This document shows, piece after piece, positions 26,421 through 36,175 of a stretch of DNA of 41,789 nt. The stretch is taken from NCBI GenBank assembly GCA_050293845.1, contig JBNKNM010000026.1:1-41789 (forward strand), written 5' to 3'. The notes beneath the pieces were generated by a model. That model ran no database searches. It saw only the letters and a list, made by a program, of their open reading frames with translations, and was not told the DNA's origin. Within the stretch, counting starts at the first letter, position 1, and every line of letters starts with the position of its first letter. The stretch is from Pseudobacteriovorax sp. (lineage in GTDB: Bacteria; Bdellovibrionota_B; Oligoflexia; Oligoflexales; Oligoflexaceae). Made by a program: the position numbers and the translations under genes.

Positions 26421-27089
26421 ATGGACAAACTTACGGCACGTCAATTAAGGGCATTTCAGTTTATTCGCCATCATACGGAAGCCCATGGCTTTTCTCCCAG
26501 CCTACGTGAACTGTGTGAACATATGGGCTACAAAGCAGTTGGTAGCGCTCAAGACGTTATCGCCTCTTTGCGGCGTAAAGGATATCTGTTAACCCCTACC
26601 CACCAGCAGGCACGATCCCTATCGCTAACAGAGCAAGCTAAGCGGCACTTTAATTGCAAGATAGCAAATATTGAGCAAGATGAAGAGACCATTGCTGTGC
26701 CCAAGCTTGGTTCCGTCCCTGCAGGTGATCCTGTCGAAGCCATTACCGATAGTTCTGAGGGTTCTCTTAAAGTGTCCCTGTCACTCCTCCCCCGCCCCCT
26801 CCCTAAAGCAGAGCAGCTTTTTGCCCTACAGGCTCGCGGGCTAAGTATGATCAACGCAGGCATTTTGAGTGGAGATTGGCTTATAGTGAAAAGCACCAAT
26901 GAAGCTCCCCCTTCATCTGTTGTCGTCGCCCTTGTCAATGAGGAAGCAACAGTAAAACGCCTTAGCAAAGATAAGAGTAAAGGATGGTGTTTAAAGCCTG
27001 AAAATCCCGACTTCAAACCCATTTATGCTAATGAGCGCCCCTTTAAGATTATTGGTCAAGTCATAGCTCTTCAAAGGGCCTACTTGTAG
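26421..27089 (+). CDS. lexA: SOS repressor LexA
   Basis: LTARQ..GFSPSLREL wHTH, Ala-Gly cleavage site VPAG, catalytic Ser (GLSM) and Lys (TVKR), LKPENPDF. Confidence 0.95.
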   Translation: MDKLTARQLRAFQFIRHHTEAHGFSPSLRELCEHMGYKAVGSAQDVIASLRRKGYLLTPTHQQARSLSLTEQAKRHFNCKIANIEQDEETIAVPKLGSVPAGDPVEAITDSSEGSLKVSLSLLPRPLPKAEQLFALQARGLSMINAGILSGDWLIVKSTNEAPPSSVVVALVNEEATVKRLSKDKSKGWCLKPENPDFKPIYANERPFKIIGQVIALQRAYL

Positions 27090-27109
27090 TGTGTATTGCC
27101 TAACTACGA

Positions 27110-29239
27110 TTAAGAAGCATCACAAAATTCTACTTTGGGGAGGGTAATAACAGTTTTAAAGGGCGCGCAACCAGATCTGGTATACTCATATTCTAGGTGA
27201 ATGGTGCCACCATGACTTTCAATGATATCTCTTATGGCCCCCATACCTGCTCCTCTTCCTGAGATATCGGTGAGCTTTTTCTTAGTCGTAACCCCTGTCC
27301 GAAAGATCAAATCATCGAGATCATTTTTACCTAAACTTTCTTCTTTGGTAGTAAGTCCTAGCTCAATTGACTTTGCTGTTAGGGCATCGATATCGAGCCC
27401 AGCGCCATCATCGAAATATTCTATAATGAGTTCATGACTGTTAAGATAGGTATGGATATGAATGCACCCAGGTAGCACTTTAGCGCTTTCCGAACGGATA
27501 ATATCAGGTTCGATACCATGATCGAGGGAGTTTCTTATTAAATGAGCAAAACAAGATTTAAAAACATTCGATTTATCGTGATTCAAAAATACATCTTCAC
27601 ATTCAGTAGTCAATCGCGGAGGTGTTTTACCAAGTTGATGAGATATTCGTAAAACAGCTTCAGATTCGGCTTCTATCATATCATCAATTGTAAGTGAAAA
27701 TGTCTTACGAATATCATTTAACATAGATATCAAGCGATTCTTATACTCATATTTAAAGGCTGTATTTGCTAGGAAGGTTCCTTCCGTATACCATTGATTT
27801 AGTTTTTTAAGATCTATATTGATAGACTCAATAGATACAGTACGATTCAATTTTGTGATGGCAAGTTTCTTAATATTCTCAATTTCCTGTTGTACATCTT
27901 TAAGAGATTTTTCGATTTCCTGTTTATCGAGTCTTCTGGCCTTAATCTGCTGGCTCAGTTTTTCCTCTGATTCATGTGCTAGGCAAGACACTGAGCTTAA
28001 AGAATAGTTTCTAGCCAAGCCTTTGATCGTATGTATATTTCTAAAAATTTGTTTCAGCTTTCCCAAATAATTCGTCTCCATGTTACCAAGCAAAGTGAAG
28101 GATTCATCAAGGTAGGAGAGAGTTGATTGTATCAGAATAGAGTAGTCTTTTTGATTAATACCAGCTATTTCTATAAGTTTTTTTACTTCTCTTTCTTTTT
28201 CCACCTGGTTTTTCTGCAATTTCCTATATGAAGTCACATCCTTAAGAGAAACCAAAACCTTTTCGACCACACCTTCATTGGTGAGCATCGGTGAAAAGTC
28301 AATTTCAAAAATGCTGTCATCCAGCATGCCCTCAACCGGCAAGTTATGATCGTTCAAATGATATTGGATTTCGTCTTCACCAAGACTTAAGATCATAGTT
28401 GTTCTTATCATACTGAGATGCTCCTTAGACAAACTCAGCCTTTCAAAGATCCTAAGTGGATCAATTCCCGATATTTTTTGCGGCAATTTATTTTCAAAAA
28501 TCTTTTCCAGATATAAGGAGTAATCTTTATCGACAGATAATCTATTTTTAATGTTGGAAATTGTAAAAATACCCTGATTAATATTTCTCATGATATTTCT
28601 TACATCGCGAGATTTACGCTCTACTTCTTGGCGAGCTTTTTGTGCTTGCTTGTAAGCGTTTTGCACCATGGTCAGAAAAATATTTGAAACAATACTCGTA
28701 ACTGCTAAGCTGGTAATCCAAACAAGTAAATTAAAAATCTTAAAAGTTTTATCCGCTGTATTGAATGGGAAGCTATATATGGGAAGATCATTATAGTCAC
28801 TAGCAAATACAACAAAGGAAAGAATACACCCCATAATTGTAATGAGTCTGCCACCATAAGCTCCTGTTAAGAGGTAGCTTGCCACTGCAAGTCCAATGAT
28901 CCAGAAAGGAATATAAGAAATTAATCCCCCAGTTACCGCCGTTATTGTGATAAGTGCCAACAAAGCGCCAATATTCGCTATATAAATTCCTAGTCGATAA
29001 TAGCGAGTCGTGACAATTAACAAGAGAGCAAGGCCAGAAGTTACAACCCCCGCAACAGCTCCCATAACAGCATAGAAATTTTCAAACATCCAGGAATAGA
29101 AGAAAACATATACTATCCAAGATAAAAAATAGGCCAGCATAAACCAGAAACTCAAACGAGCATCTAGCCTTTCTTTTTGGGTGATTTGGCGGTTGGAGAC
29201 CAATTCCGTTAACTTCGCTAAGTAGTTAGTCATTGACAT
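27110..29239 (-). CDS. Membrane-anchored HPt + CheA-like HATPase sensor kinase (no CheW domain)
   Basis: ~5-6 N-terminal TM helices, PAS-like NINQGIFTI, HPt FRNIHTIKG, HLIRNSLDHGIE, DDGAG, ISGRGAGM. Confidence 0.85.
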   Translation of the reverse strand: MSMTNYLAKLTELVSNRQITQKERLDARLSFWFMLAYFLSWIVYVFFYSWMFENFYAVMGAVAGVVTSGLALLLIVTTRYYRLGIYIANIGALLALITITAVTGGLISYIPFWIIGLAVASYLLTGAYGGRLITIMGCILSFVVFASDYNDLPIYSFPFNTADKTFKIFNLLVWITSLAVTSIVSNIFLTMVQNAYKQAQKARQEVERKSRDVRNIMRNINQGIFTISNIKNRLSVDKDYSLYLEKIFENKLPQKISGIDPLRIFERLSLSKEHLSMIRTTMILSLGEDEIQYHLNDHNLPVEGMLDDSIFEIDFSPMLTNEGVVEKVLVSLKDVTSYRKLQKNQVEKEREVKKLIEIAGINQKDYSILIQSTLSYLDESFTLLGNMETNYLGKLKQIFRNIHTIKGLARNYSLSSVSCLAHESEEKLSQQIKARRLDKQEIEKSLKDVQQEIENIKKLAITKLNRTVSIESINIDLKKLNQWYTEGTFLANTAFKYEYKNRLISMLNDIRKTFSLTIDDMIEAESEAVLRISHQLGKTPPRLTTECEDVFLNHDKSNVFKSCFAHLIRNSLDHGIEPDIIRSESAKVLPGCIHIHTYLNSHELIIEYFDDGAGLDIDALTAKSIELGLTTKEESLGKNDLDDLIFRTGVTTKKKLTDISGRGAGMGAIRDIIESHGGTIHLEYEYTRSGCAPFKTVITLPKVEFCDAS

Positions 29240-29655
29240 GTTCTCGACTTAAATTGATTGTATATGGTTGAGAATATAATCGCATAATCAAACCTAAATA
29301 GTACCATCAATAACTCATAAAGAGCAGTATCGGATTCTAAATCATAAAAGATAAGAATAACCGTGCTTTTTTAAGACTCCCCTCCTAGAGAACTTGCAAA
29401 GTACTTTTCCTAGGAAAAGAAAATCGCTCATGTTGTGACATTACCATCGTTTTGAGTAATGAAAAATGCTTAAGAATTTAATAATCATAAAAGACTAGTT
29501 AGCACAAATTACTCCCACCCTGTCCTTAGTTCTCTCATTTAAAAAAGAGACATTTTACTAAATAATATAAACAACTTATGAAGATATTCCTTCCCAAAAG
29601 TAAGATATGCCGATAATGGGACTGATGTTGACAAGATACATTCTTGGAGTGCTTT

Positions 29656-30705
29656 ATGAAGAGCTTAAGGCGTTGCTTTCTCAGCTACTTGCTTTTAGGC
29701 GTGTGTATATCATGCAATACCAGACCACCGGTTGAGAATTCTGACCAGGCGTATGCCATACCCCAAACCCAAGATAGCGATGTGCAAGTTGAGGATCTAA
29801 ACCTCCTGGACAAAGAGGCAGCTCAACTGGAGCTGGATTCCGAAGATATCCAAGACACCTATAGCTCCCTTGTAGCATCCCAGAATAAAGTTGTCTCCCT
29901 CGAAAAAGAGCTTAAATCAATTGCTATACCTTCTGAATACTTTGGTGTAGAACAGTCTCTTAATGAAGAGTTAATAACCAGAGATACTTTTTTAACGAAT
30001 TTGACTGAAAATATTGAAGCAGCTTTAGAAAAATTAAATCAACTGCAGCAAAAAGTTCAAAATTTTAGAACGCTCCTTTCACAATCCGAATCTAAACCCC
30101 AAGAACCTACAGAGATACTACTGAAGCTAGAAAGCAAATTACTTGAACTCAATGATTTTTTCCAAGAGATATCACAAAATAACATCGATATTCAGAATGC
30201 TATAGCACAATTTTCCCAAGAGGTAGAGAGTAGCCTATCGACCCCTACTACCCTAGGTCCTTTTCAATTCAACCCAAATAACCCTATTCATTTCCAATCT
30301 ATCTGTAAAGAAGGGGGGGTTTCCCAGTTTGACGGACGAACGGGCCAGCTTGTCGACCAAATTCTGCTATCCTGTAGTGCAATACAACTGACTCCCATTG
30401 GAGGGAATGGGGGAGACCCTATTGCTACACCACTCGATTGTGGACCTGCTTTTGTAGGCAAAGGGATTTTTGGTACTGCAGGGGATTCTTTGGACTCGGT
30501 TGGCCTTATTTGTACCTTAGAAAGTAAGATCGACAGTCCCATTAACAAAAAAACTGATGTCATGGGAAATATAAACGGAGGTGAACCCTACGAAATCTAT
30601 TGTCCGGCTAGAACCGCATTAGTTGGCGTTGGAGGAACTCTCAATCAGCCTAACGGTTTCATTACTAGGATTTTTCCCATATGTAAAAAAATATCTTTTA
30701 ATTGA
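29656..30705 (+). CDS. Lipoprotein with long coiled coil and C-terminal Cys-bracketed three-repeat (beta-prism/jacalin-like) domain
   Basis: GGAG RBS then ATG 29656; signal ending VCISC; E/Q/L-rich heptads; three C...G..G..D.i.l.C repeats. Confidence 0.6.
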   Translation: MKSLRRCFLSYLLLGVCISCNTRPPVENSDQAYAIPQTQDSDVQVEDLNLLDKEAAQLELDSEDIQDTYSSLVASQNKVVSLEKELKSIAIPSEYFGVEQSLNEELITRDTFLTNLTENIEAALEKLNQLQQKVQNFRTLLSQSESKPQEPTEILLKLESKLLELNDFFQEISQNNIDIQNAIAQFSQEVESSLSTPTTLGPFQFNPNNPIHFQSICKEGGVSQFDGRTGQLVDQILLSCSAIQLTPIGGNGGDPIATPLDCGPAFVGKGIFGTAGDSLDSVGLICTLESKIDSPINKKTDVMGNINGGEPYEIYCPARTALVGVGGTLNQPNGFITRIFPICKKISFN

Positions 30706-30706
30706 T

Positions 30707-32245
30707 CTATCTACTGAATAAAAGCTTTAGTCGCAAAACAAGTTCATGGCGTCCATGGGAGATCACTAGCAACATCGTGAAAGACATGACAAACCATAAC
30801 ACGGCCCAATAAACAAAGCGAAAAGCCAGGGTATCGATAGCGGGATAGAAATAGTGATCAAAAATTACAATCACAATACTACCAGCAAAAAGTGGAGCTA
30901 GCAAATCCAGACAAGCCCAAGAGATCCATTTATAGTCTAATATTTTATGATGTATTAAAGGTCCTAAAACTAAATGCCAACCCAGATAATAACAACATAA
31001 GACCAAAGGTGCTCCTATAACACCCCACGTTTGCAAAGAAAAATACATCATCAAGGGAACAATGAGTATACAAACCGAAGCGTAAATATTATTGTACTGG
31101 GTTTTCTTACTTGCTAGCATGAGCGACAGAGGTAAGAATCCTACAACAAATAAATTCACTGCTATGACAGCAAAGCGGACGATTTCTTGAGCCCTTTGCG
31201 CAACGTCCTTATCCTGAGTCCAAACAAAGATAATCTCCTGACCATAGGTGAACAGTAGAAAGGTAATAGGTAGTGTCAACATCGCAAGAAGCTGTGTGGA
31301 GCGATGATAGAAATCGCCAAGCTCGGGATGACCATTTGCAATCATTCTACTAATCTTGGGAAAAATGGCTTGATAAACGGGAACTCCCACATACATAAGT
31401 GCACCAACTATTTGCATCGCTATTGTGTAAATACCCAGCTGAGCTAGCGGCAGCATTTTACTGATCAAAATTCTGTCTATTTGACCATAAAACACAGTAA
31501 AAAAAGATAATATAGTCAGCCCACCAATATATTTGCTACTGGCAGTCAGGGTTTTAATGTCGAACCGAATCACCGATCCCGTGGCTAACTTGTGTATCGA
31601 CCGCCACAGTCTATGTCTCATCCCAAGATTAGTAACGACAGTGATCGTCAGCTGGCTTATAAAAAAGGCCTCTATGCTAGTGGCGACATAAACAATCACA
31701 AAGGCAGTTCCGCCCCACTGTAATGCTGCATGAATGGACCTTATAAGGTTTAGCTCCACATGTCTTTCAATTCCTAAAAATCCCCCCGTATATAGCGTAA
31801 TAGGCCATTGAAAAAACAGCAAAGCTGCCATCAGGTTTAGGCAGTGATAAATCCGCTGAGGATCAATTTCTTTGAGTTCGAGCCAATGGTGGCTTATCCA
31901 GGGAGCTAGCGCTACTATCATTAGGCTAATGCATCCCCCAATGGCAAAGTATACTAGTTCAAAGGTGCGAAGACTGTTTTTTACTTCCTGAACCAAAGAC
32001 TCCGTTTCAGTATTTAAAACTGATAGAAGGCGCGTTAGGGCTGTGCTAAGTCCTAAATCAAGAAAAGTTGCGATAGTAAAAATGGATATATATATGCCAA
32101 TTAATCCGTAGGATTCTTGACCCAAGAATTCCACGAATACGGGGACAAAAGCTAAAGACATGGCCGCCACCCAGAGCTTTCCTATTAAATTGGCTATAAT
32201 GTTACTGCGAGTGCTGCTACGCTTAAGTGGAGAAATTTGGGTCAT
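30707..32245 (-). CDS. Wzx-like oligosaccharide flippase (MOP superfamily)
   Basis: NIIANLIG, LGQESYG, LDLGLS, QIDRILISKML..LGIYTIA, IFPKIS; ~12-14 TM helices. Confidence 0.88.
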   Translation of the reverse strand: MTQISPLKRSSTRSNIIANLIGKLWVAAMSLAFVPVFVEFLGQESYGLIGIYISIFTIATFLDLGLSTALTRLLSVLNTETESLVQEVKNSLRTFELVYFAIGGCISLMIVALAPWISHHWLELKEIDPQRIYHCLNLMAALLFFQWPITLYTGGFLGIERHVELNLIRSIHAALQWGGTAFVIVYVATSIEAFFISQLTITVVTNLGMRHRLWRSIHKLATGSVIRFDIKTLTASSKYIGGLTILSFFTVFYGQIDRILISKMLPLAQLGIYTIAMQIVGALMYVGVPVYQAIFPKISRMIANGHPELGDFYHRSTQLLAMLTLPITFLLFTYGQEIIFVWTQDKDVAQRAQEIVRFAVIAVNLFVVGFLPLSLMLASKKTQYNNIYASVCILIVPLMMYFSLQTWGVIGAPLVLCCYYLGWHLVLGPLIHHKILDYKWISWACLDLLAPLFAGSIVIVIFDHYFYPAIDTLAFRFVYWAVLWFVMSFTMLLVISHGRHELVLRLKLLFSR

Positions 32246-32399
32246 CTAAAGATCTTTACGATGGATGGTTGGTGTTCCACAAACCATAAGACTCTAGCAC
32301 AAGGCTTTTAAAGGAGCTACATTTAGAACCTACTGGGGAAATTTTTTGCATCTATCCTGCGAGAAATATCTTCCCGAATAAATATTCAGGCTTGCATTA

Positions 32400-33041
32400 T
32401 CACAGGCGTTTATATCCTAATCTCGCAGTATTTTTAGCACGAAACACAGTGATGGATATCCAATTATCTTCCAATGCAGCTGTCAAAAGATCACCCGTTG
32501 TACAACCGATGTCAGAATCATTACAGGGTTGTCTGAAGCTTACCAAAAAAGCCTCCGTTTGAGGGTGTTGACTGTTACTAGCGACCATAATCTTGACAAA
32601 CTGCTCTCCTCTCACAAATTTCATGGAGACACTAACGGGATCGCCGTATTTAGATTGAAATAGGATTTCTTGAGGAAATAGAGATCCTGATGATAAGCTC
32701 GGTGAACTCTTTGCTGCCAAAGCCATGGATATTTTTGGCATACTTCCCTGCTTAGCAGGTTGCAGCCCCAGACGTTCTACCATCATACTTAAGCTGGTAG
32801 GTAGTACAGGTCGATTTTGCTGGTTACAGAAAGTTCTTTTAATAGGATGTTGCTCAGCCAAAGACTGACATACCTTAGCCAGCTGCTTCGCGTCTTCAGT
32901 CGACTCCGTACGGAAAAGATCCGACACCTCACCTACACTAGATACTGGCTTAGCAAAGGCCATAGTATTTTTGAGGGCGTTGTTAACTGTAAAACTCGTT
33001 GCCCATACAATAATCCCTGAGATTAAAAAAGTTAGCTTCAT
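32400..33041 (-). CDS. Exported hypothetical protein with paired cysteines
   Basis: Signal-like N-terminus from ATG 33041 (or TTG 33050); motif FVRGEQFV...CNDSDIGCTTGDLLT..EDNW; sigma28-type promoter upstream. Confidence 0.6.
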   Translation of the reverse strand: MKLTFLISGIIVWATSFTVNNALKNTMAFAKPVSSVGEVSDLFRTESTEDAKQLAKVCQSLAEQHPIKRTFCNQQNRPVLPTSLSMMVERLGLQPAKQGSMPKISMALAAKSSPSLSSGSLFPQEILFQSKYGDPVSVSMKFVRGEQFVKIMVASNSQHPQTEAFLVSFRQPCNDSDIGCTTGDLLTAALEDNWISITVFRAKNTARLGYKRL

Positions 33042-33086
33042 GCTGAACAACCTTTTGTGGAGTAAGTCTTAACATCATTACCAAAC

Positions 33087-33113
33087 TTATCGGTCAAATA
33101 ACAGCAAACTTTA
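33087..33113 (-). promoter_or_regulatory. Sigma28 (FliA)-type promoter
   Basis: Minus strand TAAAGTTT-N11-ACCGATAA versus consensus TAAAGTTT-N11-GCCGATAA (one mismatch), ~45 nt upstream of the start codon. Confidence 0.8.
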
Positions 33114-33169
33114 TGATACGACAATAAAATACATTATGTTCTTTTATTATAGTATGTTGAATGTATAAT

Positions 33170-33204
33170 AATGCCCTGAATATATTTTTTTCAGGCATTT
33201 TTTT
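33170..33204. terminator. Imperfect hairpin with adjacent T-tract; possible terminator
   Basis: AATGCC(C)TGAA ... TTCAGGCATT followed by TTTT; the T-tract is on the + strand whereas the flanking genes are on the - strand. Confidence 0.3.
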
Positions 33205-33338
33205 GAAACGAATTAAGCTCCCCCACTCATCAATATGAGCTATGGAGATGAATTCTGCCTAAAATTAACCCTATGACAAAAGAAAGTATCAGGGGCAGGA
33301 CAGCTTAACTCTTCAAGTCTAAGCTCATTTAAACAGGC

Positions 33339-36119
33339 TCATGAGACAAGACGGTCTGAGTGTATGGGGTCTAAGGAAGTAAAATGGGGAGGCGGCAGCA
33401 AAATTTTGACTTTAAATGAGACAAAGCGGCCTTCACGCTTTTCACCGTACAGTTCTAAACTCACTTTTCCTGCATTATCATTGACAAATTTACGGATAGC
33501 ATCCATGCCCACACCCCGGCCTGAAATATCGTTTTCTTCTATCGCTGTTGTCATTCCTGGTGTGAATATAAGGTTAGCAATGACTTCATCGCTAGCATCG
33601 TCTGGAACTGCTGTCCCCATTTTAATGGATTTTTCCTTGATAGCCTCCAGATCTAGACCTTGGCCATCATCGTAATAGATTATCTCCAGATTCTCACCAT
33701 CTTTAGAAAAATCTACCGTAATGGTACCGCGCGGATCTTTGCTTTGTTCTTGCCTACGGGCTGGAGTTTCGATCCCATGGAAAATAGAATTCCTGAGCAA
33801 GTGAACGAAAACCCGTTGGAAAAGCTCTTCATATTTGTCACTAATTCCATACCTGCAGCCTTCTATACTAATATTGGGATCGTTTTTCTCTAAGTCTTTA
33901 GCTAATCTATGGGAACTTGAAAAAATTTCTTCCAGTACATTATTAGCCGGCACAAAATAGATATTATTAACTATATCCTTTATTGTTCTTTTCGCACTGA
34001 CTACTCTTTGGTCCAATGACTCTATTTGATCTAAATTATGTATTTCTTCTAGAATGAGTTCAACATCCTTCACCTTAATATAGGTTTGTTCTTGCTTAGT
34101 AACTCGGCCAAGCTTTTTCTCATTTACAAATCGATATAATGCCAAGGCTTCACTGACTCTGTTCAAATCACTACTGATTTGATCTAAATCCCACCTTTGT
34201 TTGCCTGACTTGATTTCCACATATGATTGTTCTACTTCATGTATGACGTTTGTCAAATGCTTAAAGGAATAGCTGCGGGATGTACCTTTTAGAGTATGCA
34301 TATTCAAGAACAGTAATTTTAAAGTGTCGGAATCGTAAAGGTTCTTGCCTTCAATAATGCGCTTACTTTCTGCTATCAGATCTCCTCCTGTACGCAGAAA
34401 TTTAGCGAAAGCCATTTCGGAGATATTAAGTATTTCTGATATATATTCCAGTTCTCGCTGTCGCTCCGCATTTAACATCTCTAACTCTTTGAGAGTGGTA
34501 ACATCGCGAACGCAAACAAGAACTCTTTCTACAACATCATCCTGGTTGACAATGGGGTCCCAATCCAATTCTAAAATGCGATTTTCATTCCTATGATTCT
34601 CAAAGCTGACCTCATTAACCAATAGCTCCGCATTTGATTCAAAAGTAAAGATACTTTCCCCGATTCCCAGATCCAAAGCCGAACGGACCTGGGATTTTTC
34701 ATCTGACGTGATCTGACAACGACTTAACAGCACCTGATCCAAAGATTTTCCCGACACCGACCCCATTCCTAAGGTGGTGAGCAAGTGATCGGAACATTCC
34801 GCATCAACTACCAGATTATCGCTTATTGTAAATATCCCCTGACGAATATTCTTTAGGATGGAGCGAATTTTCATAGTTTTTTGCTCGACGATATGCTCAA
34901 CATTCTCGATATGATCTTGTAGCTTGGCATTGACAATTTGTAGCTCTGATTTCAATTCGTTAAGCTTATTAGCAAGCGCGATAGACAATAGCACCACCTG
35001 AGCTGCTGATCCAATCAGTTGGCCGTACTCGGTCAATAAACTCGACGGTACTAGCCCGAACCGACTCAACGCCAGACCAACAGTTCCTACCAAAAATACA
35101 ACCCAGGCCAGAGTATAGACCTGGGCACTCTGCTGCCCTTTTATCGCCCGTCTGAACCCGATAAATCCTGCAGGAGCTGGGGATAACAGAGCCAAAAGTG
35201 AGGTCATACGAACGATCACATTGGGAGGAAGAAATAGAGAGAGTAGGACCAGCACGGATGACACAATACTAACACCATACATAATTTTAAGTTCTATGCG
35301 CGAACTACCTTCCTTCCTCAGCTGCAAAAACTCAACGCAGAATAGAGCTCCAAACATACCGACAAATGCCACGAACATGATAAGGCCTTGGGTATTTAGC
35401 CAGAAAAAATCACCCCAGAAGTATTTAAAGCCAAAGCCCTGAATCGTTGCTTGGAATATAAATGTGCAAAGCACAAATAATGAATAATACAAATAGCTAC
35501 GATGCCGCACAACACAGAATACGAAGAGGTTATAGGCAATCATAACCATCATACAGCCATAATATAAGCCCTGAAATAGTACCGCCTTATCCTCATGATC
35601 TTCAAAAACATGGGGTTCCCATAAGGTCATGGGAACAAAAACAGAACTTTGGGTATGAATGCGCACCAAAACTGTGACTTCTGATTCGACTCTTGACACT
35701 ATAGGAAATACAAAGGTTCGCGTATTCTTAGGTCGTGTATCAAAAGGTCGCAGATCTCCAGTGTGATGCTGCTCAAAAATGGCACCATCGCGCAATATAT
35801 AGACATCAACTTCATCAAGAACAGCATAGTTAATTTCATAGAATTTTGAAATATCCCGATCACTATCATTGACAAGCTTGAACTTAAACCAAAAATCATC
35901 GTTAGAATAACTGAAGGACAAACGTCCTTTGGGTGGCTTTTTAAATTCCTGTTTTAAAATCTCAAAAGGTGTCTGCTTTAATTTAGAAGTGGAATAGTAA
36001 GTTATATAAGGTGTTAAATCCAATTTTTCAGGAGTCTTGGTAAGATTTAAATCTTGCCCCTGCAGTTGGGTAATAAACAATACCACCCAAGATATTAATA
36101 TGACTAATAGCTTTTCCAC
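33339..36119 (-). CDS. 7TM-DISM sensor fused to HPt + CheA-like HATPase (no CheW domain)
   Basis: 7TMR-DISMED2-like periplasmic part (FWFKFKL, LDEVDVY, TGDLRPFDTRP), 7TM-DISM (GLYYGCMMVMIAYNLF..YLYYSLF), HPt MHTLKG, HLLRNSIFHGIE, DDGQG, ISGRGVGMD; GTG start. Confidence 0.88.
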   Translation of the reverse strand: MEKLLVILISWVVLFITQLQGQDLNLTKTPEKLDLTPYITYYSTSKLKQTPFEILKQEFKKPPKGRLSFSYSNDDFWFKFKLVNDSDRDISKFYEINYAVLDEVDVYILRDGAIFEQHHTGDLRPFDTRPKNTRTFVFPIVSRVESEVTVLVRIHTQSSVFVPMTLWEPHVFEDHEDKAVLFQGLYYGCMMVMIAYNLFVFCVVRHRSYLYYSLFVLCTFIFQATIQGFGFKYFWGDFFWLNTQGLIMFVAFVGMFGALFCVEFLQLRKEGSSRIELKIMYGVSIVSSVLVLLSLFLPPNVIVRMTSLLALLSPAPAGFIGFRRAIKGQQSAQVYTLAWVVFLVGTVGLALSRFGLVPSSLLTEYGQLIGSAAQVVLLSIALANKLNELKSELQIVNAKLQDHIENVEHIVEQKTMKIRSILKNIRQGIFTISDNLVVDAECSDHLLTTLGMGSVSGKSLDQVLLSRCQITSDEKSQVRSALDLGIGESIFTFESNAELLVNEVSFENHRNENRILELDWDPIVNQDDVVERVLVCVRDVTTLKELEMLNAERQRELEYISEILNISEMAFAKFLRTGGDLIAESKRIIEGKNLYDSDTLKLLFLNMHTLKGTSRSYSFKHLTNVIHEVEQSYVEIKSGKQRWDLDQISSDLNRVSEALALYRFVNEKKLGRVTKQEQTYIKVKDVELILEEIHNLDQIESLDQRVVSAKRTIKDIVNNIYFVPANNVLEEIFSSSHRLAKDLEKNDPNISIEGCRYGISDKYEELFQRVFVHLLRNSIFHGIETPARRQEQSKDPRGTITVDFSKDGENLEIIYYDDGQGLDLEAIKEKSIKMGTAVPDDASDEVIANLIFTPGMTTAIEENDISGRGVGMDAIRKFVNDNAGKVSLELYGEKREGRFVSFKVKILLPPPHFTSLDPIHSDRLVS

Positions 36120-36148
36120 TATGAATGTCTCCCATTTGATACCAAGGG

Positions 36149-36175
36149 TGATCGGTACTTTGTTTTATCATTTTA
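36149..36175 (-). promoter_or_regulatory. Sigma28 (FliA)-type promoter
   Basis: Minus strand TAAA-N15-ACCGATCA, ~30 nt upstream of the kinase start. Confidence 0.65.
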
